The notes under the pieces are model-generated. The model was not told where the DNA came from, did not search any database, and was given only the letters and a program-made list of their open reading frames with translations. Positions 1 through 11,835 of a stretch of 64,000 bases of DNA are shown one piece after another. The DNA comes from Octopus vulgaris. Lineage: Eukaryota. The translations under genes and the position numbers were made by a program. Position 1 is the first letter of the stretch; every line of letters begins with the position of its first letter. The stretch spans positions 107,818,001 to 107,882,000 of the forward strand of contig OX597814.1 in assembly GCA_951406725.2 (NCBI GenBank), written 5' to 3'.

Positions 1-480
1 TATGGGTACTGGATATCACCAAACAGTAAACAACATGAAATACGAAAACAAATGTGTTGAATACACAAACAATGAGAGAAATAAATGGAAAACAAGACAA
101 GTAACATAAAGAACAGCCCTTCATCAGTTGTCGGCTGTCTATCTACTTCTCATTTCGAGCATTCAATGACAATATGAGTCTACAAAGGCAGTTGCTCTCA
201 CAAATACCAAAATAAAATAGCGAACACTGGAGAACTATTTTCTTTGACAAGAGTAAAGCTAGGAGAGAGATAGACAGGATACGTCCACCTTCTGGGACAG
301 CCCTGAAAGAAAAGAAAGATGATCACGTGAGGAAAAGAGAGATGGACGATGGTCACGTGTGAGCAACGAGAGAGAGTAAAGGAGAAAAAGGAATTAGAGA
401 AAGGATGACAGAGAAAACAGTATACTGTAGAGTTGCACCAAAAAGATTAAGATAAACTTAATTGGAAATGGATGCCTGGC
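1..480 (-). mobile_element. Penelope-like pseudo-LTR relic carrying hammerhead half-motifs
   Basis: Minus strand reads gctcGAAA...CTGATGAagggc at about 115-160; similar layout to 19690-19900. Confidence 0.45.
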
Positions 481-518
481 ATTCAATCAAATAATGTATG
501 TATGTATGTATGTATGTA

Positions 519-603
<85 letters not shown>

Positions 604-941
604 ACACATACACATCACACATACACATATACACATTGTTGTTGAGTTTATTTGAGATAAAGCTATAGCCTTATGACGTCTGCCCAGAGTTGCATCACTT
701 AGGCATTTCCCATTGATAACAGCTAAGGACCTAGAAACATCGATGTCTGGCAATCCGGAGAGATAGTGTCACTGGACAGAGATGGTGCTTTCACACCTTT
801 TTACCAGAAGAGAAAATTTTCTCCTCGGTAACTGCAGTGACTTTGCCTTTCAGTAGTTAAAATAAGTCACAAATATATTTTAAGTAACCTAAACTTTGCT
901 TATGCCTAAACACTGCTTGGCGCTAATATTTTGGTTATATA

Positions 942-1183
942 TAGGGTTGGCCAAAAGTCACCCGACAGTAAATCAAAATTCCATAAATATTTAATATTCA
1001 ATTTTAATTATTCATTCCAATTATGAAAGTTTAATAATTGAATGTTGTTTGTTAAAATCACCGGGTTTTTTGTTCAACATTTGTCTATTTATTAGCGATG
1101 TCTCATATAAAGTAATTTTTCGGTTTAATTTTGGAATTAAATGGGATTTTGACTTAATGTCAGGAGACTTTTGGCCAACCCTG
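942..1183. mobile_element. Tc1/mariner-type MITE
   Basis: TIRs (c/t)agggttggccaaaagtc ... gacttttggccaaccctg, flanked by TA. Confidence 0.85.
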
Positions 1184-1374
1184 TATATATGCATGTATGT
1201 ATGTATATATATATTAATAATAATATGACAACAAAAGAATGAATGAGACCTAGATATTATGTAAATAGAGGAATTTATCTATAAATAGCTCGGGCATCTG
1301 AAACTCTGAGTATTATTATGACAACTGATTGTCCTATATTATGTATATGTATGTGTATGTATGTATGTATGCAT

Positions 1375-1565
1375 AGTGAATCCAAACAAAGAAGAACAAA
1401 CAAGAAAAAACAATAACGCGAGAACGTGATACAAATACTGTATTTGTTCAGGAAAGGAAGGGGAGAGGATTTTATGTTTTGAGCAAAGCTCTTCTTCAGA
1501 AAGAGAGGAAAGTCCAAAAAATGGAAGACAGAAGGAGAAAATCGTCAACGATACACATGTGGTTA
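1375..1565 (-). mobile_element. Penelope-like pLTR fragment with degenerate hammerhead core
   Basis: Minus strand CTGAAGA-agagc-ttt-gctc-aAAAC; resembles 5122-5290 and 6107-6320. Confidence 0.55.
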
Positions 1566-1790
1566 TATATATTTATATATATACATGTACACATACACAT
1601 ATATATGATGTGAGTGTGTGTGAAATGACAGTTCTTTTGCTCAAGAGCATAACGCATTGTCCATTCCTGGAGTTGAAACCACAATTTTACCACAATGCAT
1701 GCAACACCCTGACTACTAATGTGCATCCATACACACAAAACTCTCCACTTTACACACACATACACACACAAACACGCACACACACACATA

Positions 1791-1961
1791 TGGGTGCAGG
1801 TGTGGCTGTGTGGTAAAAAGTTTGCTTCCCAACCACATGGTTTCGGGTTCAGTCCCGATGTTTAGCACCGTGGAAAAGTGTCTTCTACTCTAGCCACGCG
1901 ATGACCAAATTTTTGTGAGTGGATTTGCTAAACAAACTGAAAGAAGCTCATCATATATATG

Positions 1962-2023
<62 letters not shown>

Positions 2024-2280
2024 AACACACAAACATATATATATATGTGTGTGTGTGTGTGTGTTAAGTGGCTGTTTGTCCTCCAGCACCGCTTGACACC
2101 CGGTGTTGTTTTGTTTGCATCCCCTAACTTAGCGCAACGACAAAAGAGGCCGTTAGTACGCATATCAAGGCTTAAAAAATAATAATAAGTATCGGGAGTT
2201 GATTCATTCGACTACAAATTATTTAACATGGCATGCCAGCATGGCCGCAGTCTAATGAAAGAAACAAAAGACAAAAGAAA
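1791..2280 (+). mobile_element. tRNA-derived SINE, family A (internal microsatellite)
   Basis: Box A tggctgtgtgg, box B ggttcagtcc, conserved body, 3' end ccagcatggccgcagtc..gaaacaa; about 20 copies or fragments in window. Confidence 0.85.
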
Positions 2281-2606
2281 AAAAACAAAACGGTAGAGCC
2301 CATCGTGTTTGCATTTCGTGCACAAGCCGGTGTCCGTCAGCTATTTTCTACTTTCAGCAATATTGTTACATTGAGAGCTGCTGTCTAAGTAGGTGACTAT
2401 TTATATTTCAATGGTCTCACACAGTTTTATTTCAGCTCCGTCAAACAGCGACGATATTACATTAACTTAGAATCTCTCCCTCTCTCTCCCCTCACTTTCT
2501 CTATCACTCTCTCTCTCTAGCTGTAGTCACTCCCTCTCTCTTTCTCTCTCTGTGTCTGTATGCGAACATTTCTATATGATTATTACTTGCATACACATGT
2601 CTGTGC

Positions 2607-2676
<70 letters not shown>

Positions 2677-2677
2677 C

Positions 2678-2892
2678 TTTATTGTCCACAGGGGGCTAAA
2701 CACAGAAGGGGACAGACAAGGGGTTTAAGTTGATTACATCGACCCCAGTGAGTAACTTGTACCTTTTTAATCAACCCCAAAAGGATGAAAGGCAAAGTCG
2801 ACCTTGGCGGAATTTGAACTCAGAACATAACGGCAGATGAAATACTGCTAAGCATTTCACCTGGCATGCAAACGATTCAGCCATCTCACCGT
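2678..2892 (-). mobile_element. tRNA-derived SINE, family B (MetaSINE-like domain)
   Basis: Reverse complement has gagttcaaattccgcc..ggtcgactttgcctttcatcctttt; multicopy in window. Confidence 0.8.
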
Positions 2893-2989
2893 GTATATAT
2901 ATGTGTGAGTGTATGTCTGTATGTATATATACATATGTGTGTGTGTGCTTAAATACATATGTGTATACATACATTTATGTATGCATGTA

Positions 2990-3028
<39 letters not shown>

Positions 3029-3744
3029 ATATATATATATATAAATTTATATATACATCATCATCATCATCATCACGTATGTATATATATATTTATATAT
3101 ACATATACATATGTCTATATATACGTGACGTGTGTATATGTACACATACATAGATGTGTGTGTGTGTGTGCATATACAGATTAATAAAACGATAGACAGA
3201 CAGATCTGCATGATATATCCCTATTGCAATTTATTGGTTGAGTGAATAAAAATACGTTTTGTGCAACATCAATGTTTTTTCCTCACATTACAACGTAAGT
3301 GATTGTGTCTTAGCATGCAATTGTTCAGTGGGTACTTATTACTGACGGAGCGCAATAGGGTAGAAATACATGTACCAGTACCACAACAACTGGTGGACAA
3401 GATTTCTCAGCTATTGAAACACTTTCGTGTATTCCAGACGGTACGCTCATAAGTTATGTGAGGACGAATGACACAGTTAATTGGTATTTTTTTTATGTAT
3501 CTGTGTTAACTCTGATATATATGTTTGTGTGTCTGTGTTTTTCACCCTGCCCCATCACCGCTTGACAACCGATGTTGGAGTGTTTACGTCCCTGTAACTT
3601 AGCTGTTCGGCAAAATAGAACCGATAGGATAGGTACTAGGTTTACAAAGAATAAGTCCTGGTGTCAATTCATTTGATTAAAGATGGTGCTCCAGCATAGT
3701 CAAATAACTGCAGTCAAATAACTGAAAGAAGGAAAAGTATAAAA

Positions 3745-3785
<41 letters not shown>

Positions 3786-4180
3786 AGAATTGGTATAAAT
3801 AATAGTCATTACATATTTTTCCTTTATTGCTGGCTTATAGCTGTTTCTAGTAGTTATTATAGGTTTGTTACTAATAGTTTTACTGAATTGTTATATTAAT
3901 CAGTTGAGAAAAGTTGAATGACCAAAAAGATTAATGCTACTTTCAACAAACACATACATGTATATATGTACATACATATATAAATAATAATAGTAATAAA
4001 TAGATACAAATGATGTTGACTTTTCAGTTGCGTTACAAACGTTTCTGTTAGAATGACTATACTTTATTAATAGATTACACAATAGAACAAATGATCAAAA
4101 TTACTTCCTCAGACATGAATTGTATTATCAATACACAAATTCATTAAACATTACATTGTACACATACACACCTGCTAGAC

Positions 4181-4230
<50 letters not shown>

Positions 4231-4270
4231 TTTATCTAGTTTCAGCTCACGAGCTGTGGCCATGCTGGGG

Positions 4271-4349
<79 letters not shown>

Positions 4350-4724
4350 TCGCTATTTTCTTTTCATTCTGGTCTAACGGCACTCCATGTTTGTTTTCGT
4401 GTGTGTGCTTATGTTTGTCAACCACTGTCACTTCTTGACAACTGGTGCTGGTGTATCTACGACCTCGTAACTTAGCAGTTCGGCAAAAGTACCCGATAAG
4501 ATACGTATCAAATTGGTGCTGGAATCGATTCATTCGGCGAAAAAATTCTTCAAGAAGGTGCTCCAGTGTGGCCATAGTCTAATTACTGAAACAAAAGTTC
4601 AAAGATGAAGACCTCGATGAAGGCCACTTAGCTCATGGGCTGTGTCTTGTCTGTCTTAGACCTCGTGACCTATGTGACAGCCTGTCCCCACTCAAGTACA
4701 ATATATTACATATACTCTTTCTCT

Positions 4725-5121
4725 ACTCTTTTACTCTTTTACTTGTTTCAGTCATTTGACTGCGGCCATGCTGGAGCACCGCCTTTTTTAACCCCGGGAC
4801 TTATTCTTTTGTAAGCCCAGTACTTATTCTATCGGTCTCTTTTGCCGAACCGCTAGGTGACGGGGACATAAACACACCAGCATCGGTTGTCAAGCAATGC
4901 TAGGGGGACAAACACAGACACACAAACACACACACGCATATATATATACATATATACGACGGGCTTCTTTCAGTTTCCGTCTACCAAATCCACTCACAAG
5001 GCTTTGGTCGGCCCGAGGCTATAGTAGAAGACACTTGCCCAAGGTGCCACGCAGTGGGACTGAACTCGGAACCATGTGGTTGGTAAACAAGCTACTTACC
5101 ACACAGCCACTCCTACGCCTA
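4725..5121 (-). mobile_element. SINE family A, full length
   Basis: Reverse complement of the family A body with both Pol III boxes. Confidence 0.9.
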
Positions 5122-5355
5122 TGTGGAACAAGTATAGTGGTATTGGACGCTCAGGAAAGGAAAGGAAGAAGGAGGATTTAACGTTTCGAGCGGAGCTCTT
5201 CGTCAGAAACATATGAAAAGGAAAGATCCAAGGAAGGGAAGACAGAGGAAAAATATCGCCAATGGTACACACGCGGTCACATTTTCTGTATATATATATA
5301 TATATATATATACATACACACACACACATATACATATATACACACATAAACTTAT
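5122..5355 (-). repeat. Direct repeat copy 1 (Penelope-like pLTR with minimal hammerhead)
   Basis: Near-identical to 6151-6403; minus strand CTGACGA-a-gagc-tcc-gctc-GAAACGTT. Confidence 0.85.
5176..5211 (-). ncRNA. Minimal type I hammerhead ribozyme motif (dimer type), copy 1
   Basis: Intact CUGACGA and GAAA boxes, 4-bp stem II, palindromic ACGU stem III, GUU triplet, short stem I guuu/aaau. Confidence 0.55.
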
Positions 5356-5654
5356 ACATGCGCATGCTCGCAAAAAATTCACTGAATGGTAGCAAATTGC
5401 CCCGTACCGCCTTAAAAATAGAGGACACATTGGACCTAGATATATTATGTCTAGTTTAATGAATAAAAGTCGACCGGTAGGAGCAGAAAAACATCGATAA
5501 GTAGGCAGATAAATCGATCGATCAATAGAGATACATGTGTGCATATATGTGTGTGTATATATGTGTGTGTGTGTGTATATATATATATGTGTGTGTGTAT
5601 GTATATATATATATGTATATATGTTTATGTATATATATATGTATATATGTGTGT

Positions 5655-6057
5655 GTGGCTGTGTGGTAAGTAGCTTGCTTACAAAACACACGGTTCTCGG
5701 TTCAGTCCCACTGTGTGGCACCATGGGCAAGTGTCTTCTACTATAGCCTCGGGCCAACCAAAGCTTCGTGAGTGGATTTGGTAGATGGAAACTGAAAGAA
5801 GCTCGTCGTATGTATGTATATATATCTGTATGTGTGTGTATATGTTTGTGTGTCTGTGTTTTTTCCCCCCAAACATCACTTGACAACCAATGTCGGTGTG
5901 TTTACATCCCTGTAACCTAGCGGTTCCGCAAAAGAGACCGATAGAATAAGTACTAGGTTTACAAAGAATAAGTCCTGGGGTTGATTTGCTTGACTAAAGG
6001 TGGTGCTCCAGCATGGTCACAGTCAAATGACTGAAACATTTAAAACAGTAAAAAGAG
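5655..6057 (+). mobile_element. SINE family A, full length
   Basis: Pol III boxes and complete body; inverted relative to 4725-5121. Confidence 0.9.
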
Positions 6058-6106
6058 TATGTGTGTGTGTACATATATAATTATATGCACATATATATAT
6101 ATATAG

Positions 6107-6312
6107 TTAATCCAAACATGTAAACACAATGAGAAAACACAACGCGGGGACGTGGAACAAGTATAGTGGTATTGGACGCTCAGGAAAGGAAAAGGAAGAA
6201 GGAGGATTTAACGTTTCGAGCGGAGCTCTTCGTCAGAAACATATGAAAAGGAAAGATCCAAGGAAGGGAAGACAGAGGAAAAATATCGCCAATGGTACAC
6301 ACGCGGTCACAT

Positions 6313-6378
<66 letters not shown>

Positions 6379-6403
6379 TATACATATATACACACATAAA
6401 CTT
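6107..6403 (-). repeat. Direct repeat copy 2 (Penelope-like pLTR with minimal hammerhead)
   Basis: Near-identical to 5122-5355. Confidence 0.85.
6206..6241 (-). ncRNA. Minimal type I hammerhead ribozyme motif (dimer type), copy 2
   Basis: Core identical to copy 1, 1030 nt away on the same strand. Confidence 0.55.
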
Positions 6404-6749
6404 ACTTGGAATATATATGTAGATAGTTATAGACAGACAAACAGGCATATATGTAGACAGAGAAAATGAGAGAGAGAGAGAAACAGAGAGACAGAGATAG
6501 CTACATTGTTTGATAGGGATAGATAGATAGATACATGACAGATAGATGACAGACAATCAGACAGACAGACAGACAGATAGATAACAGACAGACAGATAGA
6601 TGACAGACAAGCAGACAGACAGACAGGTAGACATACATGCATACAGATAGACAGAGAGGCAGACAGACAGATAGATAGATATGAAGTGATGAATAGTGAA
6701 GTTGAAGAGTTTGCTTGAGAGAGAGAGGGGGGAGGGAGAGAGAGAGGGA

Positions 6750-6789
<40 letters not shown>

Positions 6790-7477
6790 GAGTGAGTTAA
6801 GGAATTATTGAAAGAGAGGAAGAGAATGTAGAATTGGGTGAATTCCGATGATTTTGTCTTGGAGAATGAAAACGACAAGAAATAAAGAAGAAAGAAAAAG
6901 ATCAGAAGGAAATCGGTGCCTGGAAGACAAAAGTAAGCAAGAAATATGGTTGGAACTGTTGTAATATAAAGGAGTGGGGGTAGGGTGGAGTAGGGTGTGG
7001 GGGAAGAAGAATGGTGAGCGGTAGAGACAGTGGAGCAGGAGGGGTGACAGCTGAGTGGTGGTGGTGGTGGTGGAGCAGGAAGAGGAGAAAAGTAAGTAGA
7101 GGCAGGGGAGAGATGATGATGGAGAGACAAAGAGACGTATGCTGGTGATGGTGGTAGTGGTGGTGGTGCTTGTGACAGTGGTGGTGATGGTAATAGTGGT
7201 GGTGGTGGTGGTGTTCAATGAAGAAAGGAATGTGTGGAATATAAAACGAGAAAACAAAAAGGTAAAAAAAATATAAGAAAAAAAAAACAAGGAATATTAC
7301 GAGACAAAAGAGAAATTAGAAATAAATGGTAACAACAACAACAACAGCATCAATAGTAATAATAACAATAATAATTATAAAAAGAATAACAATTATAAGA
7401 AGAAGAAAAACAACAAAGTAAATTACGACAAAAATTCCGAAGATGGGAAAAAAATCAAACGGAAAGAATAATTTGCG

Positions 7478-7524
<47 letters not shown>

Positions 7525-8892
7525 GGTGGTGGTGGTGGTGGTGGTGGCGGCGGCGATGGCAGTGTCGGCGGCGTGGAGTTAATTCCAACAGAAGACAAAG
7601 TGGCACACATTCTAAAGGTGAGAACAGTCCAATCCTCCAACTATGATTCCATTTATATCTCATATCGATACTTGCATCGATTACGACCCGTCTCCTTTAC
7701 TCTCAATATATAACTGGTACACCGTTTCATATCACACGGTCCAGTATCTGGTGACATTCGCCGCGAGTCCATCCACTTCCCGTATAAGCTCGGCAATAAA
7801 CAGCTGGACGGAACTAAATACGACAAGACATCTTATCCGATGCTCTACCGACTCAGCTAGCAATCCTTTGAAAAGATTATGCCAGTGTACCAGTCGCTGC
7901 TGTCATCCATAGCAGCCAAATCAACCTCAAATCAGTACTTACCGTCTTAAAAATGGAAGGACACATTGCGCATTGTGGTTGTAGATCCAATATGAATGGA
8001 AATCAGACTGGATTGCTTTGATGATCCCTTTCTACTCCATCTGGGCTCCTTGCCTGGGTCTAAACGACTACAACCACAACAACAGCAGCAGCAATAACAC
8101 CACTACCACCACCACCAACAACAACAATAACAACAACAGCAGCAGCAGCAGCAATGTCAAAAGCCTGAAGACAAGAATGGCGGCCAAAAACTGGTGAATC
8201 GATTGTGAAGTCAGTGAAAATGTCAGATGAGAAGTTGAGAGGTTTGTGTCAAGGGAGCAGAATGAAGAGCCACAACGAAGACAGCAACATCTGCAGTAGA
8301 AACACCAACAACAGCAACAACAAACGCGGGAAAGGAAAACAGCAGCAGCCGAAACAACCAGTTCTCAGCTTTGCTGCTGTTCATCAAAAGTTAACGGAGT
8401 CTATTAAAACCACGGCACAGTGTTGACGTTAAGACATTGGCAAACGTTTAACAGTAATAAACGAAAACATTTAGTATTGATAAACACAAACTGTTCAATG
8501 GAAGCGTAACAGAGAGGAGGTATCGGCTGTGAATGTCACACCTGGCTTCTGGCGATCTTTGTAGAGCCATGTGAGGCGGGGGTGGGGTGGGGGTGGAGTA
8601 GAAGTGAGGCTAAATGGTAAATGGGATGTGAAGGGGTCAGCACAGATTTTTTTTTTAAAGTCCTTATGCCCTCTCAAGACCAGAAGGTCAGTCGGGAGTT
8701 TTGTCCTGTTTGTGGTCGTGGAAGTGCAGAAATGGAAGTTTGACTGTTATAATTGTAGGGGGAGGATCCACTCGGGGAGGGGGATGTTACAGTTGGTGGG
8801 GTGGGGATGGAAAGATAGATAGGGTGGTAGGATTGTGGGTAGATAGATAGATAGGTAGGTAGGTAGGTAGGTATGTGGGTAAATAGATAGAT

Positions 8893-9648
8893 ATGTTTCT
8901 TTATTAGCCACACAGGGTTGCACACAGATGGGACAGATTACAAAGTAGAGCTTTTCTTTTTGGGGAGAGAGAAAAAAAAGTGGGGTAGGTTTTCGATCAA
9001 AAGGGATCGTAAAAGGGAAAGAAAAAATGAAAAAGAAAAAAAGGGGAAAGGAAAAAAACGATCAATAGGGATCGTGTATCACAGAAATTCATGATATAAA
9101 GTGTAAAGGGGGAGGCAGATAAGGTTTATCCGTGGAAAGAAAAGCCTACGGAAAAGACCACAGTAACCTCGGTCAATAATGTTACATGTTACTACATTTG
9201 TTTGCAAGTAGGTAACCCTCTGTTTTAAATTTTTCCGGGTTCATAGGATTATGCTCAAGGTGGCTTCGTCGTTCATACGTGCCATCCTTGCAACATTCAC
9301 CTATCTTTTTTTGAAACATTCGCTAGACAAAACTTGCCTCTCTACTCTCACTTTCCTTTTCAAGTGATACTTGAAGAAGTTGATGAGAAATTGACCAGAG
9401 GGGAAAGTGTGTGTCTCCAATCCTTCCAGACGCGTCCACCAGATACATTCTTTCGCCATAGCCACAAGTATGATGAAAATAGCTCTTCCTTCCCGTTTGA
9501 AGGAAGGAGGCGTGACGACATTGACGATAGACTCGGCTGATAAACCGACTCGTCCCACACGTGACAGCAGTCGTTCAACATAAGTCCTCAAGTCGAAAAT
9601 GGTTGGACACTGCACTAGTGCGTGCAGAACGGTTTCGTCGCTCTTATC
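8893..9648 (-). mobile_element. 5'-truncated L1/Tx1-clade LINE (zf-RVT C-terminus plus 3' UTR)
   Basis: ORF 9301-9660 has ETVLHALVQCP and ECIWWTR, the E-T-x-x-H-x-x-x-x-C and IW-x-x-R motifs of the L1/Tx1 ORF2 end; AATAAA at 8900-8905. Confidence 0.8.
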
Positions 9649-10186
9649 TATCTTTCCCACTGTCTTGATATTGATTGGTTGCTTAATAAACTGATCAGGG
9701 GAAAAGATCGTGGCTTGCTCGTGATGCCTGATCGTGTATCCAGCGATTGGGATTCGAATCCCCGCTACAAGATGTTACACACACCAAAACATACACATTT
9801 TGTTTATTTAGTGCGAGAACAAGGAACATTTCCCATACACAGTTTCAGAATTATTTCTGGGAACAAGAAACCTTGAGAAATGTTCTTTCTTATGGACGAC
9901 GCTGACGTTCAAAAATAAAGTTTATAAATTTATTACGAATCAATCAGTAAAATCCAATCAGCTTTTTTTTCAAGTGTAATGCTACATACATTTTCACAAC
10001 CGATGCTGGTTGTTTACGTTCCCGTAGCTTAGTAACTCGGCAAAAGAGCGCAATAGAATAGTACCATGGTCGATGTGTTGCATTGACTCTTTCAAGGCGG
10101 TGCTCCAGCGTGGCTGCAGTCCAATGACTGAAACAAGTAAAAAATGTAAGATAAAAAGACGTAATGACTATATTAAATATAAAGTC

Positions 10187-10340
10187 AACTTATTAAACAT
10201 GTAGCGAATTTATTAAACATGCAGCAAACATATTGAACATGTAGTAAATACATCAAACACGATATCCTTAGGGGAATACAATACCACGTCTTCTATAACA
10301 TGTAGTAAACATGTAGTAAACTTATTAAACATGTAGCAAC
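10187..10340. repeat. Degenerate ~20-bp minisatellite (ttattaaacatgtagYaaac)
   Basis: At least 6 recognisable aacatgtag units. Confidence 0.75.
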
Positions 10341-10681
10341 TCACTGATATCCTTTGCCATTTCAACACGCTCGTAATTTACAGATAAATTATAGACTCCG
10401 CGAGAAAATGTGAAGAATTCGCCTTCATTTGCCATTTTTTCTTATTGCTGTTGTTATTATTATTATTTATGATTCATTTTCTTCTTTTCCTTTCTTTTTG
10501 CTTTCAAACTACTTTTTCTCTCCTTACTCTCCACCCAGCAACCACTCCCTCTTCCTGCTCTCCTTCCCTGCCATCTTTCCCTCTTCTTCCTCTCCTCTCC
10601 ACCCCGATCTCTTTTACTCTTCTTATTCTCTCCATTCCATCATCTTTCCATCTTTTGCTCTTCTTACCTCTCTCCACTCAC

Positions 10682-10793
10682 CTCATGCCACCCACCAACA
10701 TCCCCACCGCTTTCAATGATCTCCACTCCGCCATCTTCATTTTCCTTCAACTCTGTCACCCAACTTTTCTCAATCTTCCAATACTTTGACGAC
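10682..10793 (-). other. Candidate exon 2 of an unidentified minus-strand gene
   Basis: Acceptor tttctag|G at 10794/10793 and consensus donor AG|GTGAGT at 10682/10681; contains ATG AAG ATG GCG open to the donor. Confidence 0.4.
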
Positions 10794-10917
10794 CTAGAAA
10801 CACCACACACGATATACCCTACCTGCCTTCCACTATACAAACAGACTATTGCACAATAAGCCCCTATAAAAACAACAACAACAACTACTACTACTACTTT
10901 CTTCTTCTTCTTCTCCC

Positions 10918-10948
<31 letters not shown>

Positions 10949-11038
10949 CTTCTTGTACTTCGTTGCCCTTTTCCCCTCTTAAATTCGTTCTGACGTTCTT
11001 TTCTTCCGCATTTATCCTCGCTTACTTCCTTTCCTTAC

Positions 11039-11230
11039 CTTAAGTCTCTACTAATCTCGAATCTTTCTTACAATTTTTTCCCTCTCCCTCTCTCCTTTTT
11101 CTTCTTTATCGATATGCAAAGCAAACTTCTCCACTCGTTTCGCTTTCCATTCGATCTCCGCCGCCATCTTTTTTGCAGCAGACGATACATTTACTCATTC
11201 AGAAAAGCCGTCCATATTAGCCTTGAATTA
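11039..11230 (-). other. Candidate first (5' UTR) exon with a 38-codon uORF
   Basis: Donor AG|GTAAGG at 11039/11038; YY1-type aagATGgcggc at 11161-11170; ORF MAAEIEWKAKRV...IRD stops before the donor. Confidence 0.4.
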
Positions 11231-11360
11231 AAATGAATGGCTGAACTCAGCCAGTATTTACGCGTTGTCGACTTTTCTCCTCTCTGCCGCCTTGTCAGAA
11301 TGATGCAAACTTGTTGATTGGCTGTTCTTGCAAGGCGCTATCGAATGACGATTGGACGAA
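11150..11360 (-). promoter_or_regulatory. CpG-rich TATA-less Pol II promoter
   Basis: Two CCAAT boxes (ATTGG at 11317-11321 and 11351-11355, 34 bp apart), half-CRE TGACG, downstream YY1 motif ccgccatctt, local CpG enrichment. Confidence 0.55.
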
Positions 11361-11688
11361 AAAGAGGTTAAATTCCTGTCACACTATTAACAAATCCCTT
11401 TTTTGAACCCCACTACCTCCAGCATCATGCTTTGCTATCTCTTCACCCTCTCCAGACACCTACCGTTTCCTACGCGAATACATATGCATTCGAAACAGAA
11501 TCGTCTCTTGCTGCTGCTGCATATCAGAGCGACATGCGCGTGTTTGCACGTTTCATACGAGCGATGCGCGTAACACATTTACGTGCACACGCACTCGTGT
11601 TATACATATAGACATACACACACATATTTAGATGCGTATATGTGTGTATGTATGTGTATATATACGCATGTGTATGTATGTATATATA

Positions 11689-11731
<43 letters not shown>

Positions 11732-11835
11732 TTTTTGATGCCAAGTTATATAAAAAAAACCAACTAACATTAAACTGAAGGCTTCATACTTTTTTTGTAG
11801 CGTACATGTTTATTAAACTTAAAAGAAAGGTTGAG

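Noticed and set aside
676-752. GAAAC-atcgat-GTC-tggca resembling a hammerhead 3' half
   Set aside because: No CUGANGA box remains upstream; a dead relic at best
7399-7617. 73-codon open plus frame (..S12G13DGSVGGVELIPTEDKVAHILK) ending at AAG|gtgaga
   Set aside because: No ATG or acceptor, and openness is largely due to AGT/GGT repeats
7935-7945. Perfect minus-strand donor CG|GTAAGT
   Set aside because: Lies in an interspersed repeat tail also seen at about 5390-5440 and 25280-25560
8068-8292. Minus-strand acceptor tttctactgcag with an open hydrophobic frame
   Set aside because: The frame is mostly CTG/TTG/GTG microsatellite, with no donor or homology
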